From NCBI GenBank assembly GCA_964187785.1, contig OZ076409.1, forward strand, positions 8,186,001-8,250,000: DNA of 64,000 nt, given 5' to 3'. Positions within the stretch are counted from its first letter, which is position 1. Every line of letters starts with the position of its first letter. Positions 1 through 13,015 of the stretch are shown in pieces. This stretch comes from Amphiscolops sp. MND2022. Its lineage: Eukaryota. The notes below the pieces were generated by a model that was not told where the DNA came from, did no database searches, and saw nothing but the letters and a program-made list of their open reading frames with translations. Position numbers and translations under genes: made by a program.

Positions 1-130
1 GCAATAATTGTATCGTTCAGCGAAGTGCTGCCAAAGTTGAGGTGGAAATTTCAGATTTTGGCGTTTTGATAAAAATCTTATTGTTTTTGCGTGCAGCCCA
101 GAACTTAGACGGAACTGTTTTTGTCACCTT

Positions 131-1088
131 TGTTGGCGCCACAGATTAAACTTTTAACTCTCATCTAGTGATATTCAAGAAATTTTCTCTCTGACATACA
201 CCAGTGCTGGCATCCCTAATACTGCAGCACACAAACCCTATACCCAGCGCTATAATTTGTAGCAAGGGGAATTTCGTTATTCCTCTTCATTAGTGAGAAA
301 TATTTGATAATTCGAAATAAATTCTTCTATTTTGTACAATTTGTATCGTATTTTTCCAAGAAGTAAAAAGAGAGCGTTTCTTCCCGAAGATTGATTGACC
401 ACTCGTTATTCCCTTAATATATAGTGAACACCTAGCCCCACAAACCCATCGTGGCGGAATATTGATATAGCGCTTATTTCCTTAAAATTTCGACATTTAT
501 TGTTGTAAATTTTATATATTTCGTATCGCAGATTTTATGAAATTATTTTAATTCTTTGATCTCATATAAATTATCATATCATGTGCATTCCAACTTCATT
601 GCTGATAAGAAAGTGCTCGGTGAGACTCCAGTTCGGCGCGAAATTAGTATCTTATCTTAGTGCCAGTTTTGACTAACATTGTCATCAAAGATTGATGACC
701 CCCACTTTGCCATATTATCATCCTGATTCATAATGACCTTGTGAATTATTTTCATTTATCTAATGCAGGAATGCTTCACTCCCATTACTGATGCTAATTT
801 ATCCTAACTTTGAACTTTCACAGAATTACGAGTCATGTTCAACCTCTGATACTATTCAACTTTGAAGGTTTTACATTTAAATTCTGGAGAAGAAACAGAT
901 AGGAAACTTAACGAATATGCGGCATTGAAAATTCTTTCTCTGTCGAATAGTTTGTTCTCATCGAAAATATTGAACTGTTAGCTCAAAGTATTGTAAGCAG
1001 TTAAAATTTGCCAGTGCCTGCGTAAAGCTCAGCTTAGAGCAGATTGTTTCCTCGGACAGATTTGTCTTTGATTTGAGCAGTAGCTACA
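131..1088 (+). repeat. 5' LTR of element A (TG...CA), lacking ~140 bp present in the 3' LTR
   Basis: Direct repeat of 6507-7602 with many substitutions; the segment around 7260-7395 is missing here. Confidence 0.93.
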
Positions 1089-1149
1089 ATTGGTCCGCCG
1101 ACCCGGACACTATTCAATCTGGGTTTTACTAGAAAACTTTTTATGCATT

Positions 1150-4100
1150 ATGACGCAAAAATCAACAACTTTTCTTTTATCATCTGCAGTCACAGATGAT
1201 AGTTGGTACAGAGATTCTTCGAGAGAAAAGGATTTGAAGAAATCGAAAGATTTGATTAAATGGCAAACATTCGTGCATAACTTATTTTCCAATTTGAACG
1301 CTTTGAACACTCTTGCATTAGAAGATGGCTTCACTTTGGAAATGAACGACGGGGAGTTCCTTTGGGTTAATTTGGCTAAACTTCATGAAAGGTATCTCTT
1401 GTGTGCCGACCGAATCACTGATCTCTGCACTTACGGCTGGAATCTTTTGAAAACGAAGCCAGCTTCTCTTCTTAAATCAAAGTCACAACTAATGAAAGAA
1501 GGAGTATCTCATTTTCTGAGCAGATGAATCGAACTCAACAAGTGTGTTGATACAGTTATCGTCAGGCGAGAAGAACTCAAAGATCCAAGCAATGTTCTGC
1601 ACTTTATGAAAGTCACTGATGATGAAAGAAGAACTTCATCTCAAATGGAAACAATTCAGCTACAAATTCAAAATTGCATCAACTCAAATGACAGACCTCA
1701 GAAGGTAAATGCACTCATTGATTCTTGGCTCAAAGAAAGAGATCTGACAATGGCGTGTTCTAAAGAGCAAATGATTCTCCTGGAACCTGTGATGACAGCA
1801 AGGAAGCGCAAGGACCTGCATCATTTTTCTTTGAAAGCAACGAATATCCTTCAATCTTGGCATTCCTACTAGGACGGTGTGGAAGGCAACAGTAAAGCAT
1901 CTCACAGTAAAACAGTACACTTTGTTGATTCTTACCGGCCTTGTTTTGCTGAATCTCTGATGAGCCCTTCGGAGGCAGAAACAACATTGATGATGAGTGT
2001 AGGCGACGCGACTGCTCCATTGGAGATTAACGAAGAAGAGAGTGGACAAGAACCTCAAGCCCCACGATGCCTCCGAAATTATTAAATTTTCACATACTGT
2101 TTGCAGTTGCGTGAATGTGTTAACTCAGTTCGGATTTGAGAGTGACCTCAATTCAGAGTCTGTTTTGAACAGTGCAGTGAAAAAACTGCCAATTGATTTG
2201 AAAGCGAAGTGGTTGTCATATCTCCAGAGATACGACTCCAGCTTTGAAACCATGCGTGTTTTTAGCGCTTGGTTAAAAAATATTGCCGAAATTCAAGATA
2301 ATTTGAAGATGCAATTTGGAACAACCACTAAGAAAAATTCAAACCGTGACAAACAGAAACGACAGAATTTACTTCTGAAGTCGAGGACAAGAGAGAATTG
2401 CCCAAAGGCAAATGGCCATTGAGTGACGGTGATCACAAAATTGGGAACTGTCCTGCCTTCAAGAAGATGACTCTAGATCTAAGGGGTGACTCAGCCAGGA
2501 AATTCAAATTGTGCTTCTGTTGCTTGAATGGAGGTCACCGTGCAAATCAGTGCTCCTTGAAAAGAACTTGTGGCAGAGATGGTTGTGCAAAGAAGCACAA
2601 TCGACTGCTTCATAGAGATCAGAAGACAGTGTCCGAGCTTAAAACCTGTGATTGTTCCACGAACCCTCTTTTGACTGCAAATGCTTGCAGTGGTTTGCTT
2701 CAAGTGGTTTCAGTGCGACTGTCTAATGGCACCAAGAAGGTTGATATCTTCGCAGTTTCTGATACTGGATTTACTTTATCTTTTATTGATGATGATATCA
2801 GTAGACAACTCGATGTGGAAGGTGAAAAGCTGACCTTGAGTGTTGCCGGGATCAATGGGACAAAGGATATGGTCAGTGAAAGAGTGGCTGTCGAGTTGTT
2901 CACGAAGGATCATAATGAAGTTGTACACTTCCACGTGCATCCAAAAATGTATCTAGGGAATCGGAGGTATGATTACTCACACATAAAGGAGAAGTACCAC
3001 CACTTGTAAGTACTTCCGAATAACCAAATTGAATTAAAAGACGTGAAGGTTGTGAATGGTCAAGACAATTATCACTTACTATTTCCTGTAGATTATCGAA
3101 AAGGAAAGAAGAACGAGCCGTGGGCTATCAAGACGAAGCTCGGATGGACACTCAGTGGCCCGCTTCCAAAACATGAAATCGCTCAAATTGCGACAGTTCT
3201 TGCAACATGTGATAATGATGAGCTATCAGATCAAGTCAAATTTTGGTGGAGTATGGAGTCTTACTCTTGGACTTTCAATGTCAGCGGCAAATCACAGGAG
3301 GACAAAAAAGCTCTTGAGATTCTGGAAAAACGACCAGGCTGATTGAAGGAAGATATGAAGTTGGTCTGCTCTGGGCCGACAACAAAATTATTCCAAATAA
3401 TTATGTTTCCGCCTATACCTAACTTTGCTCACTGGAGTGGCGGCTGGAGAAGAACCCAGATCTCAAGAAACGATATGAAGCCACCATTAAAGTTGATCTG
3501 GAAAATGAACATGTCAGACGGCTTGAAGATGAGGAGCTGAGTTCATCTGGAAGTGACCCACATTGGTACGTTCCTCATCATCCAGTAATTAACCCTAACA
3601 AACCAGAAAAGGTTAGAAGAGTATGCAATGCTGCCTCTAAGTTCAAAGGAGTGTCACTCAACGACAAATTAGTGGCTGGAACCGATCTCTTGGAGAATCT
3701 GATTGGTATAATGTTCCGATTCCGGCGAAGCAGCATTGCTATGACAGCAGACATCGAAGCAGTGTTTCTCCAAGTGAAAGGGCCTTCCGCTGAATGCAAA
3801 GTTCTTCGATTTTTCTGGAGAGACGATTCTACGAAGCCAGTAGATGTAAACGAGTACACCCGACATGTCTTCGGAGCGAACAGTTCTCCAACAAGTGCGA
3901 ATTATGCGCTGCAGCAAACTGGGCGAGATAACAAAGACGTTTATCCTCTCGCTCCGAAGGTAATCGAAAGAAATTTCTTCATGGATGACTTCGCGAAGTC
4001 TGTTGACACAGAAAAAGAACCTATCGAGTTGTATATTCAACTATAAACAGCACTCATAAGTGGGAGTTTCAACCTGACCAAATGGATCACAAACATTCAT

Positions 4101-6525
4101 ATTGTGATGAATTCCTTCAAGGAGGGTGATCGAGCTGAATCAACCACCAAAATGTTTGAAGCCGAACATGCGGCTTCGTCCTTGCTCGGTCTCCAATGGA
4201 ATTTGGAAGAAGACACTTTGGAAGTTTGCAGAGGTGTTTCGAAAGAAATTCCCAGCAAAAAAGACTCGAAGAGTTGTGCTGTCACTTGTTGCTTCGGTGT
4301 TTGATCCCTTGGGAGTATTTACCCCTTTCACAATGCGAATGCGAATCCTGCTGTAGACTACTTGGGCTAAGTGCGGACACCATTGGGACGACAGGATAGC
4401 TGAAGACGATAAAAGCAGTTTCTTACAATGGGTATCAGAATTGCAGCAGCTCAAAGAAATGAAACTGGAGCGGAATTACTTCACCACTAAACCCAAGTGG
4501 TGGAATTGCACATCTTCTTTGACGCTTTTTTGGAAGCAATGTGCATGGTGGCCTATTTGAGAGCAGAAACTGCAAATGGCGTTCAGTTATGTTTTGTGGT
4601 CGGTAAATGTCGAATCGCTCCTATGAAACAACAAACTATTCCAAAACTGGAACTGCAAGCAGATTTATATGCAATTCGACTCCGGCAGCTCATTACACAG
4701 GGTCACGATATTGCGATTGCAAACGTTTATCATTGGACGGATTCGCTAACGGTTTTGCAATGGAAACATTCTGCGAGCAAAAAGCAGCAAGTTTTTGTAG
4801 CGAATCGAATAGAGAAATCCTTGACAGCTCAAGTCTTGACGAATGGCGACATGTGAAGGGCACAATGAATCACGCCGATTTTGGTACTCGCGGGATGACG
4901 GTCTCTCAGCTGATCGAGAGTGAATGGTTAACTGGACCGGCATGGCTTCGCGATTCAAAGGATTCTTGCGACGAGCAAATAATATTTGAAGAAGTTTCCG
5001 AGCTGGAAACTACGTGTTTGAGTCACGTACAGCCCTCGATTGTCGACTGGTCAAGGATCAGCAGCTACAGGAAAATGATTAATGTCATCGTGTATTGTTT
5101 GCGATTTTGGTCGACGCAAAAGGGACCGATCAGTGTGGAGGAAATGGACAGAGCTAAACTACTTCTTCTCCGGGCTGCTCAACGGGAAAGTTTTCCCGAA
5201 CTCGCCGGTTGTTTAGCGAAAGGTTCATTTGAGAAGCTTCCCCACAACTTGGGACGACTGTCACCATTTTTGGCTGAAGACGGGTCAATGCGTCTGCGTG
5301 ATCGTCTGAGGCGGTCTGAACTCAGTTTTCAAACGAAACATCCAATGTTGCTGTCAGCCAAACATCCACTTGTAATCTTGATGTTGGAACATGCTCATTC
5401 TGACAACCATCATGAAGGCACCGAATACGTTCGGAGTGTTCTTCAACAAGAATACTGGATTATGACTTTTCGGAACGCTTTGCGGAGCATCAAGCATCGG
5501 TGCATTCAATGCAGGTAGGTTTCGACTCGGCCATTGCAACCACAGATGGCTGATTTCCCGAAGGAAAGGTTAACTGGAACAAACCACCCATTCCAAAATA
5601 CTGGAATTGACTATTTTGGCCCCTTCGAAGACAAATTCTTGCAAAAGACTGTCAAGTATTGGCGTTGTTTACTCACATGCTTGACAACAGGAGCTGTTCA
5701 CATCGAAGTGGTTGACAGACTGGACACCGACGCTTGCATGATGGCTATCACGCGATTCATGGCCAGACGAGGAAGACCTTATATGTTTATTAGCGACAAT
5801 GGCACCAATTTCTTGGGTTCTGCTCGTGAATTCAGGGAACCAGCAATTGCGTGGATTCAGTCAGCTATTCATGATCAATTGCCTCACCAACGAATTGTCT
5901 GGAAGTTCAATCCTCCCGGGCACCTCATTTCGGTGGTGTTTGGGAACGACTAGTTCGCACTTGTAAGAAGGCGATGTATTCTACATTGGGTTCGAGAGGC
6001 CTGACTCTGCCAGTCTTGAAGACGACCATGTGTTTGGTGGAACAAACGTTGAACGGGCGACCACTTACTCAGGTCAGCCATGACCCTGGAGATTTGGAGG
6101 CATTAACGCCAAATCATTTCCTTCCGGGACCTCGAGTTATCGCACAGCCTCTAATCCCTGACGCCAGCAGGTATGTCGATTGCCGAAGATTGTATAAAGT
6201 GGCACAAGGGTACAATGAGATGATATGGAAGCGCTGGACGAACGAATATCTGCCTCAGTGCAATGTGCATTCAAAATGGCACAAGCCAGAGCACCGGGAG
6301 ATCAAAGTTGAAGACTTGGTATGGCTTGTGGATGAACCCATCAAGAAAATTTTCTTTCAAATGGCCAGAGTGTTGGAAGTGTATCTTGGGTCCGATGTAG
6401 TCAAATCTGCCAAAATCAGGACAAATATGGGTGAGCTGCAACTACCTGTGGTGGAATTGGCGCCTCTATTCTACGAGTGTTTTCCCAACGAAAACAGGGT
6501 CGGCAATGTTGGCGCCACAGATTAA
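1150..6525 (+). pseudogene. gag-pol pseudogene of element A
   Basis: Same-frame Gag N-terminal pieces (1090-2085), C-terminal part of DUF1759, Cys/His knuckles (CFCCLNGGHRANQC), protease DTG, RT FMDD, Pao RNase H (ELHIFFDA, PKLELQA), integrase (GIDYFGP, SDNGTNF). Many stops and frameshifts. Confidence 0.92.
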
Positions 6526-7602
6526 ACTTTTGAGTCTTATCTGGTGATATTCAAAAAGTTTTCTCTCTGACATACACCAGTGCTCGCATCCCTAATACTG
6601 CGGCACACAAACCCCATACCCAGCGCTATATTTTGTAGGAAGCGGAATATCGTTATTCCTCTTCATTAGGGAGAAATATTTGATAATTCGAAATAATTTC
6701 TCCTATTTTGTACAATTTGTATCGTATTTTTCCAAGAAGTAAAGTGAGAGCGTTTCTTCACGAAGATTGATATACCACTCGTTATTCCTTTAATATATAG
6801 TGAACACTTAGCCCCACAAACCCATCGTGGTGGAATTTTGATATAGCGCCTAATTTCTTAAAATTTCGACATTTATTGTTGTAAATTTTATATATTTCGA
6901 ATCGCAGATTTTATGAAATGATTTTAATTCTTTGACCTTATATAACTTATCATGTCATGTGCATTTCAACTTCATTGCTGATAAGAAAGTGCTCAGTGAG
7001 ACTCCAGTTAGGCGCGAAATTAGTATCTTATTTTAGTATCAGCTTTGACTAACATTGTCATCAATGATTGATGACCACCACTTTGCCATATTATCATCCT
7101 GATTCATATTGAGTTTGTGATATATTTTCACTTATGTAATGCAGGAATGCTTCAATCCCATTACTGATGCTAGTTTATCTTAACTTTGAACTTTGACAGA
7201 ATTACGAGCCATGTTCAACCTCTGATGAGGTACATTTCAACTTTGAAGATTTTACATTTATTGAATTCCAGATCAGAAAAAAAAATTTGAATAATTCATG
7301 TAATGTCGCTTGTTTCGTCAGGAATGTTTCTTCAATCAGTGTTGAGTAGAACAGATTCAGCAAAATTATTGGAGTAACAATTTTGATAGTTCTCCTGGAG
7401 AAGAAACAGATAGGAAACCTAAAGAACTTGCGGTATTGAAGAAAATTCTTTCTCTGTCGAATAGTTTGTTCTCATCGAATATATTGAACTGTTTGCGCAA
7501 AGTATTGTAAGCAGTTAAAAAGTACCAGGGCCCGCGTAAAGCTCAGATTAGAGCAGATTGTTTCCTCGGACAGGTTTGTCTTTGATTTGAGCAGCGGTTA
7601 CG
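6507..7602 (+). repeat. 3' LTR of element A
   Basis: Starts TGTTGGCGCC after a purine-rich tract, ends TTACG (mutated CA), followed by TSD ACCTT. Confidence 0.93.
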
Positions 7603-9569
7603 ACCTTCCTAGACCACCGGTTTAGTAAAAGCAGCTGAAAAGGCTGACTATACAATGTCTGTTAGGGCTTATTTGGCTTATTCGGTGTTTACTCAATAAA
7701 CGATACTTTTCACTACGTAAATATAAAGTAGAAGTGACGCTGGTGATGAAATTGGTCGAATTGGCTCCGACAAAATCGAAACCCCAAAGCTAACTTTACT
7801 AAGATTTTCGACTATGCGAAACATAGTAACTGTGCAATGTTACTCGTTTATGTATGAACACGGAATCAAGCCAAGCCCCCCAGTCCAGGGCTATTAGCGT
7901 TTGAAGTGACGTATGTCGGCCCATGAACTCGCCGGCCAATCACGCAAAAAGTCATATAATATATGGCATTGACAGCCCATAGGATACTCAGCCATTTGCG
8001 TAAATTATCAAAATTCTACGAAACCCTGCGCGTAGGAGAAGCACGGACTCTATGTAAACATACCCCGAATCTTATATAAATCGTCACCAGTCGACCCGAG
8101 GATCATGAAACTTACCTAAGATGTTCACCTACCAAACCTAAGTGAAGTACATGAAAGATACCTTATGCTGCCCAAGGCGCGCATAGTAATGTTTGTTCAA
8201 GGTACGCGGGACTGGATGTGCGGGCCCGACCGATAAAAAAATTGACCTTGGCTTGTAGTACCTCAAAGGAACCGCAATAACGAATGTAATCAATTACTAA
8301 AGCGAATGAAGCTGTAATTATTGCCCATACGGGGTTTATCGCCGTAAGTAAACAAAATATCTGCATAACATGTAACTCGAGAACCAATGACCTTAGAACC
8401 ATTTTAACTTGGCATGTAGCAATTTTAGATGATTACGATAACTTCAAAGTTACCGTTGAGTCTTAAGATCATTTTAGAGGCAACCCCAGAACATATGGAA
8501 TACGTAGATAAAACATGTGAAACAGCGTCGTTCGCTTGATAATTTATATTCTTCAGCTAGGCGAATAAACTCGCTGTGAACAGCAGTGATAAAGACGAAA
8601 AAGTGAAGAAGTTCCGCTCACGTGTAAAGAACACGTGAAAGAAGGTTGGTGGGTGATTTTCTCGACATTAGAAATATCTTGGGCGACTTGAATTTTATAT
8701 TGTGGACTTCGGACAAGATGGTCATTTTCGTTGGCGCCAAAGAATGTTTAGCGAATTACAACTAGTGGCGTTCGCCAGGCCGTGTAAGGAATAGATAAAC
8801 ATGAACGTAGAAGCATGCACTTAAGGTGCCATAAGTACATAAGTACAAACTCACATACATTTTGAGGTGCCTTCACCCAGTAATGTAAACGTCCAGTATG
8901 ATAGAAAGTGAAGTTGTGTCCACCAGAAACAAAATTGGGGCGGATTTGGGTTGTTCGCTAATAGACACAACCGATTTAGAAGTGCAAGCAAGTTGAGCCT
9001 CGAGACGGGTGCAAAAAACTTGTCTTAGCCAAACGAACTGGTTCGTCGCTAGCACTCTGAGCTAGAAATAGAAGTTCTACAAGTCAAGAACTCGCGTTTG
9101 CACTTCCACACAGTTGGTTGAAGCGCGAGTAATTGTTGTTCAGTGATTTTTGTTAAAGATCCAGACTTCACCTTCCTAATAGAAAGTATTTCGAATGTTA
9201 CTTCAACTTTCTTGGTCATTTCCAGAGAGCCGAATAATTTCAGCTACGGAAGAGATTTTGCACACACGATAGAAAGAGCCGAACTTACTCACCAACATTC
9301 CCTTTTTTCTGATAGAGTTAGATCCTTGGGAATTTTTCTCCGCCCTTGCAATCTAAGTTTTCTCCTCCCTCAATGCCAATTTTAGAGACATGAACATCTA
9401 AAAAATTCCATTGGCCTGACAAAACTAACGGTGGAGACGGACAAGTTGGAAATAAACTGGGGAGACTTTGGAGCTGAAATTTCCAGGAAAAAAACAAATC
9501 AGAGAGTGCCAAAAAATCGAGGGGTCCCATTAGTGTATTAGTGTTGTCCGGTATTGTATGTTTCCGGTT

Positions 9570-10169
9570 AAACAAGCCGGGAACGGCCCAAGTCGGCGTC
9601 ATATCTTAGGCTCAAAAACAGCAAAAGGACTTCCAAGTATTCTCTTCTACGGTACCAAAAAAACCCAAACGTTGAACCGAATTGGCACACCAGAGGCGAC
9701 ACTTTGAAACTTTTCATCCATTCTGTCGCAAGTCATCAAAAAAGTTGAAGGAGGGGCAATTTTGATGAAAAAAAATTTCTTTTAAAAGTCTCACAATGCC
9801 GAAAAAACTGAAAGGGTGACCCTTTGGGATTTTTCAACATCCGTTCTGTCGGAAAACTCCAAAAAAATTGAAGGGGGGACCCTTTGGGAAAAAAAAATTT
9901 TCGAAAAAAAAGTCTCACAGAGCCGAAAATACTCTAAGTCCCTTTGGTCCCTTTGAGTTTCTTAGATGATGTAAAAATCCTACTTCGCAAGCTTTCAAAG
10001 TATTTTATTTAAATTTGCTAAGTAAGAATTGTAAGATTTCAAGATTGTAAGAATTGTAAGAAAAGTGGACCGATCAGTGTGAGGATTGTAGTCTGAAGAA
10101 AAAAAGAAAAAAATAGTCACTGCTATAGTCGGGCATTTTTCCCTAAAAGGAAAACGCGCCGACTAAAAA
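9570..10169. mobile_element. Non-autonomous Helentron-associated (HINE/DINE-1-like) element, copy 1
   Basis: Starts AAACAAG, subterminal inverted repeat AGTCGGCG/CGCCGACT, terminal hairpin then an A-run, internal ~120-bp tandem units. Related copies at 18068 and 20443. Confidence 0.6.
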
Positions 10170-10662
10170 GGAACCATCACCGCATTACGACGCCAAACTG
10201 GGAACTTTGGTTTTTTCAAGAAATGAGGAAAATTGGCTTTTGCGACTACCAAAATGTGTTTTCAAGAAACGAGGAAAAAGTGCTTTTCAAAGTGCCGCCA
10301 ATTTGACCGAAGAATTCAGACAGTAATATTAGTAGTGTAGAAATGAAATTTTCAAGAAATGAGGAAAAGGTTTTGTGGATTCTTCACAATAATAATAATT
10401 TATGGCGTTCAGCTCTCTGGGCCAAATCGCACAAATTGGCCCTTGAAACTTGTAGAACTTTTTGAAGAACTATTTTGTTCAGGTCGTGTGAGAAGCAAAA
10501 AGTCACTATCATAGTCGCGTTTGACTTCATGACTGGAAATGAAGCGAAATAGAAATGTTGAAATCAACCACAACAATGATTTGGTGTACTTAGTTTTCTT
10601 AGTCAGTGCTCTTTTGGATACTACGCTATGATACCGAAGAATTGAAGCGAGTACTTCGTGGT

Positions 10663-10822
10663 AAAGAGAAAAGTCTGAAAAGTAAAAATATCTCTTTTAT
10701 TAGAGTTACAATGGTAATATTTGTTATAGAACTGATGTTACGCGTAACATCAGTTCTATAACAAATATTACCATTGTAACTCTAATAAAAGAGATATTTT
10801 TACTTTTCAGACTTTTCTCTTT
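10663..10822. repeat. Perfect spacerless 160-bp palindrome
   Basis: 80-bp arms are exact reverse complements, centred on GTTACG|CGTAAC (10742/10743). Confidence 0.97.
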
Positions 10823-12608
10823 TCGCGTTGCATTTTTTGCTACTTTGGATTAATTTACCTTTGTGACGCATTGGTGCGAGAACTAGTGTATCGAGATGAA
10901 AAAGAACAGCCAAAAAAGTTGTTATTGATTTAACGCTTGTTTAAAAAAAAAAACATTTTTGTGACCATTTGGAGTTTGAAAAATTCGGGAAGAACTTTTC
11001 AAAACACTTGTTGTTATCAAAACTTAAAAGAAGTCAATCGTGCAAATTTATCTCTTGCGCCCTTGGGATCGAACCAGATCCGATGAATTTCCAATTCCGT
11101 CACTGAACAGTATTAAGTTCAGACCGTGAAAGGTCATTTTTACGCATAGTCTGCAAAGTACCTTCCAACCTTTTTGTTAACCATTGAAGCTTGTTTATTT
11201 GTGCACAATAACAATATTCTGATTTAATCTACACGAAAGTATAATTTATTACATGAGAACTGTTTCGTATTGATATTCCATTCGATAGAATACAGCATGG
11301 CGCATGTGGCAAGATTTGATATGATTGCTGTAATTTTTTGGCGTTTTCAGAACGGAAAAGTAGTTTTAATTAATACGTGAAAAATTTTTTGTATATCAGG
11401 GTTTTCTGTTAAATAGATATAAAGAAACTTGTTACAATTTGCATTTTTAATCAGCAATATCGAGTGTTTATAGTTTATCAGTTGTGTCCTTTCTTAACCC
11501 TCCAGCAAACTATGCCACCTCATTTGCAACCAAGTGGTAACGCAAGGATTGGTTTGAAGTTGTGCATTCAAAGTTACTTGCTAAAGGACGCAAAGTTGTG
11601 ACTGCTCGCGCTGTTCCCTATTTGTTTTGTAAATTTTTGTCATTACATTGCAACAAATCTATGGATAAAAGACTAAGGCGAAGCAAAACAAGGTCTAGTT
11701 AAATTAAATATGAACCCGCTACTATGAAAACGAGACAAATGTTCTAACCGATACCCAATTTTGCTACTGGCTGGTCTTGACCTCACACTGATCGGGAACC
11801 TAGGTAGCCAGCCCCAAAAAACATATATGTGACCTTGCGACTTTTCAATAAAATTACAAGCAGCGCAGTGGCTATCTTTTTGTATACAGATACAACATAA
11901 AAGTTCAATTGGGACTTCTCATGTTTAAAACAATTCTCTTGATTGTTATTTTCACTGAAACCCGATCTTGCGAAAAATTGCACAATGCCGAAAATAACAA
12001 AAGGTGTGGCCCTTTGGGCTATAAAAACGCGTTTTTAAACTGAAAACTTCCAAGAAACATCCAAAAAAGCAGTGAAACTGTAGTGGAAAAACATCGTAAA
12101 TAGTTGAACATTCCGAAAAGCACGTATTTTCAAAATTTTGCGAGAAAACTCTCATGACATGAGCCAAGCAAGACCAGAAAAGTAACAAAGTAACCCTTAA
12201 CACTCGCTAAATGTTTTTCTTGCAACAGAAAAACCTCAAAAAACAAAAATTCTCTGGAATTTTTTTCAGTAGGTCGCTGCGATGATCTGAAACCACGTAC
12301 ACGCAAAGGAAGTCACTCACCACGTACGAAAATTCAGGTTAACTTCAAAACCAAGTAGGCGGTATATAATTTTCAACAGAAACGTGGAAGTGCGTAGTGC
12401 CAAACACAAAAGTTCAGGGGCTCTTTGGTCTTTCCTCTACCTTTACAAGCATATAATATTCTCGTTTAGCGCGGGGTTTAATCCCATGTACACGCAGAGG
12501 AACTAATTAACCGCGAACTTAAACTCACGTAACCTCAAAGCCAACAGACTTAGTAGGATATGAATTGAAGTTAGAGAAGTTGTGGAAGAAACTGGGGGAG
12601 GATAGAAA

Positions 12609-13015
12609 GGGTGACTATTCAAATCGTAGAATATTCAAACCGTCGAAAAAATCAAAGCTATTCAAAGCGTCGAAAGAATTCCATAGCAGAGATTATTTTC
12701 AGGTTATAATTTGAAGAGGTTAGCATATTTGTTGTATGGCTCAGTGGCTTCGCTCCCTTCGCCAAGTAGCAACATTGAGGCATAGCCATATGCACGTCGC
12801 TCCGCTTCGCTTCGCTCCTGCATTTAGTGCACTAGGAGTATGTGGACATAGCTGACTACGTTATCGTAATTAGTTCGTCGCTTATGCTGTATTCATTTCA
12901 CTGAATTTGATAGGTTCATTGAATGAAAGTTTGGTCACGTGACTATGACGCGCAGTATTTACTGCGTGTAAACTGCTTTCGACGCTTTGAATATTCTACG
13001 ATTTGAACCGTCCCC
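12609..13015. mobile_element. MITE with ~30-bp TIRs
   Basis: GGGTGACTATTCAAATCGTAGAATATTCAAA ... TTTGAATATTCTACGATTTGAACCGTCCCC, flanked by GATAGAA(A/G) on both sides. Confidence 0.75.

Larger units (their letters stand above)
131..7602 (+). mobile_element. Bel/Pao LTR retrotransposon A, decayed
   Basis: LTRs at 131-1088 and 6507-7602. TSD ACCTT at 126-130 and 7603-7607. PBS-like TGGTCCGCCGACCCGG at 1091, a degenerate form of the tRNA-Tyr-type Pao PBS. Fragmented gag-PR-RT-RH-IN in Pao order. Confidence 0.95.

Noticed and set aside
7608..9560. Short ORFs (8163-8402, 8873-9055, 9143-9385) and a CCAAT site
   Set aside because: No recognisable domain, consistent exon chain or element ends.
11055..11080. 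Minus-strand B-box-like GGTTCGATCCC
   Set aside because: No convincing A box or cloverleaf; at most a decayed SINE fragment.
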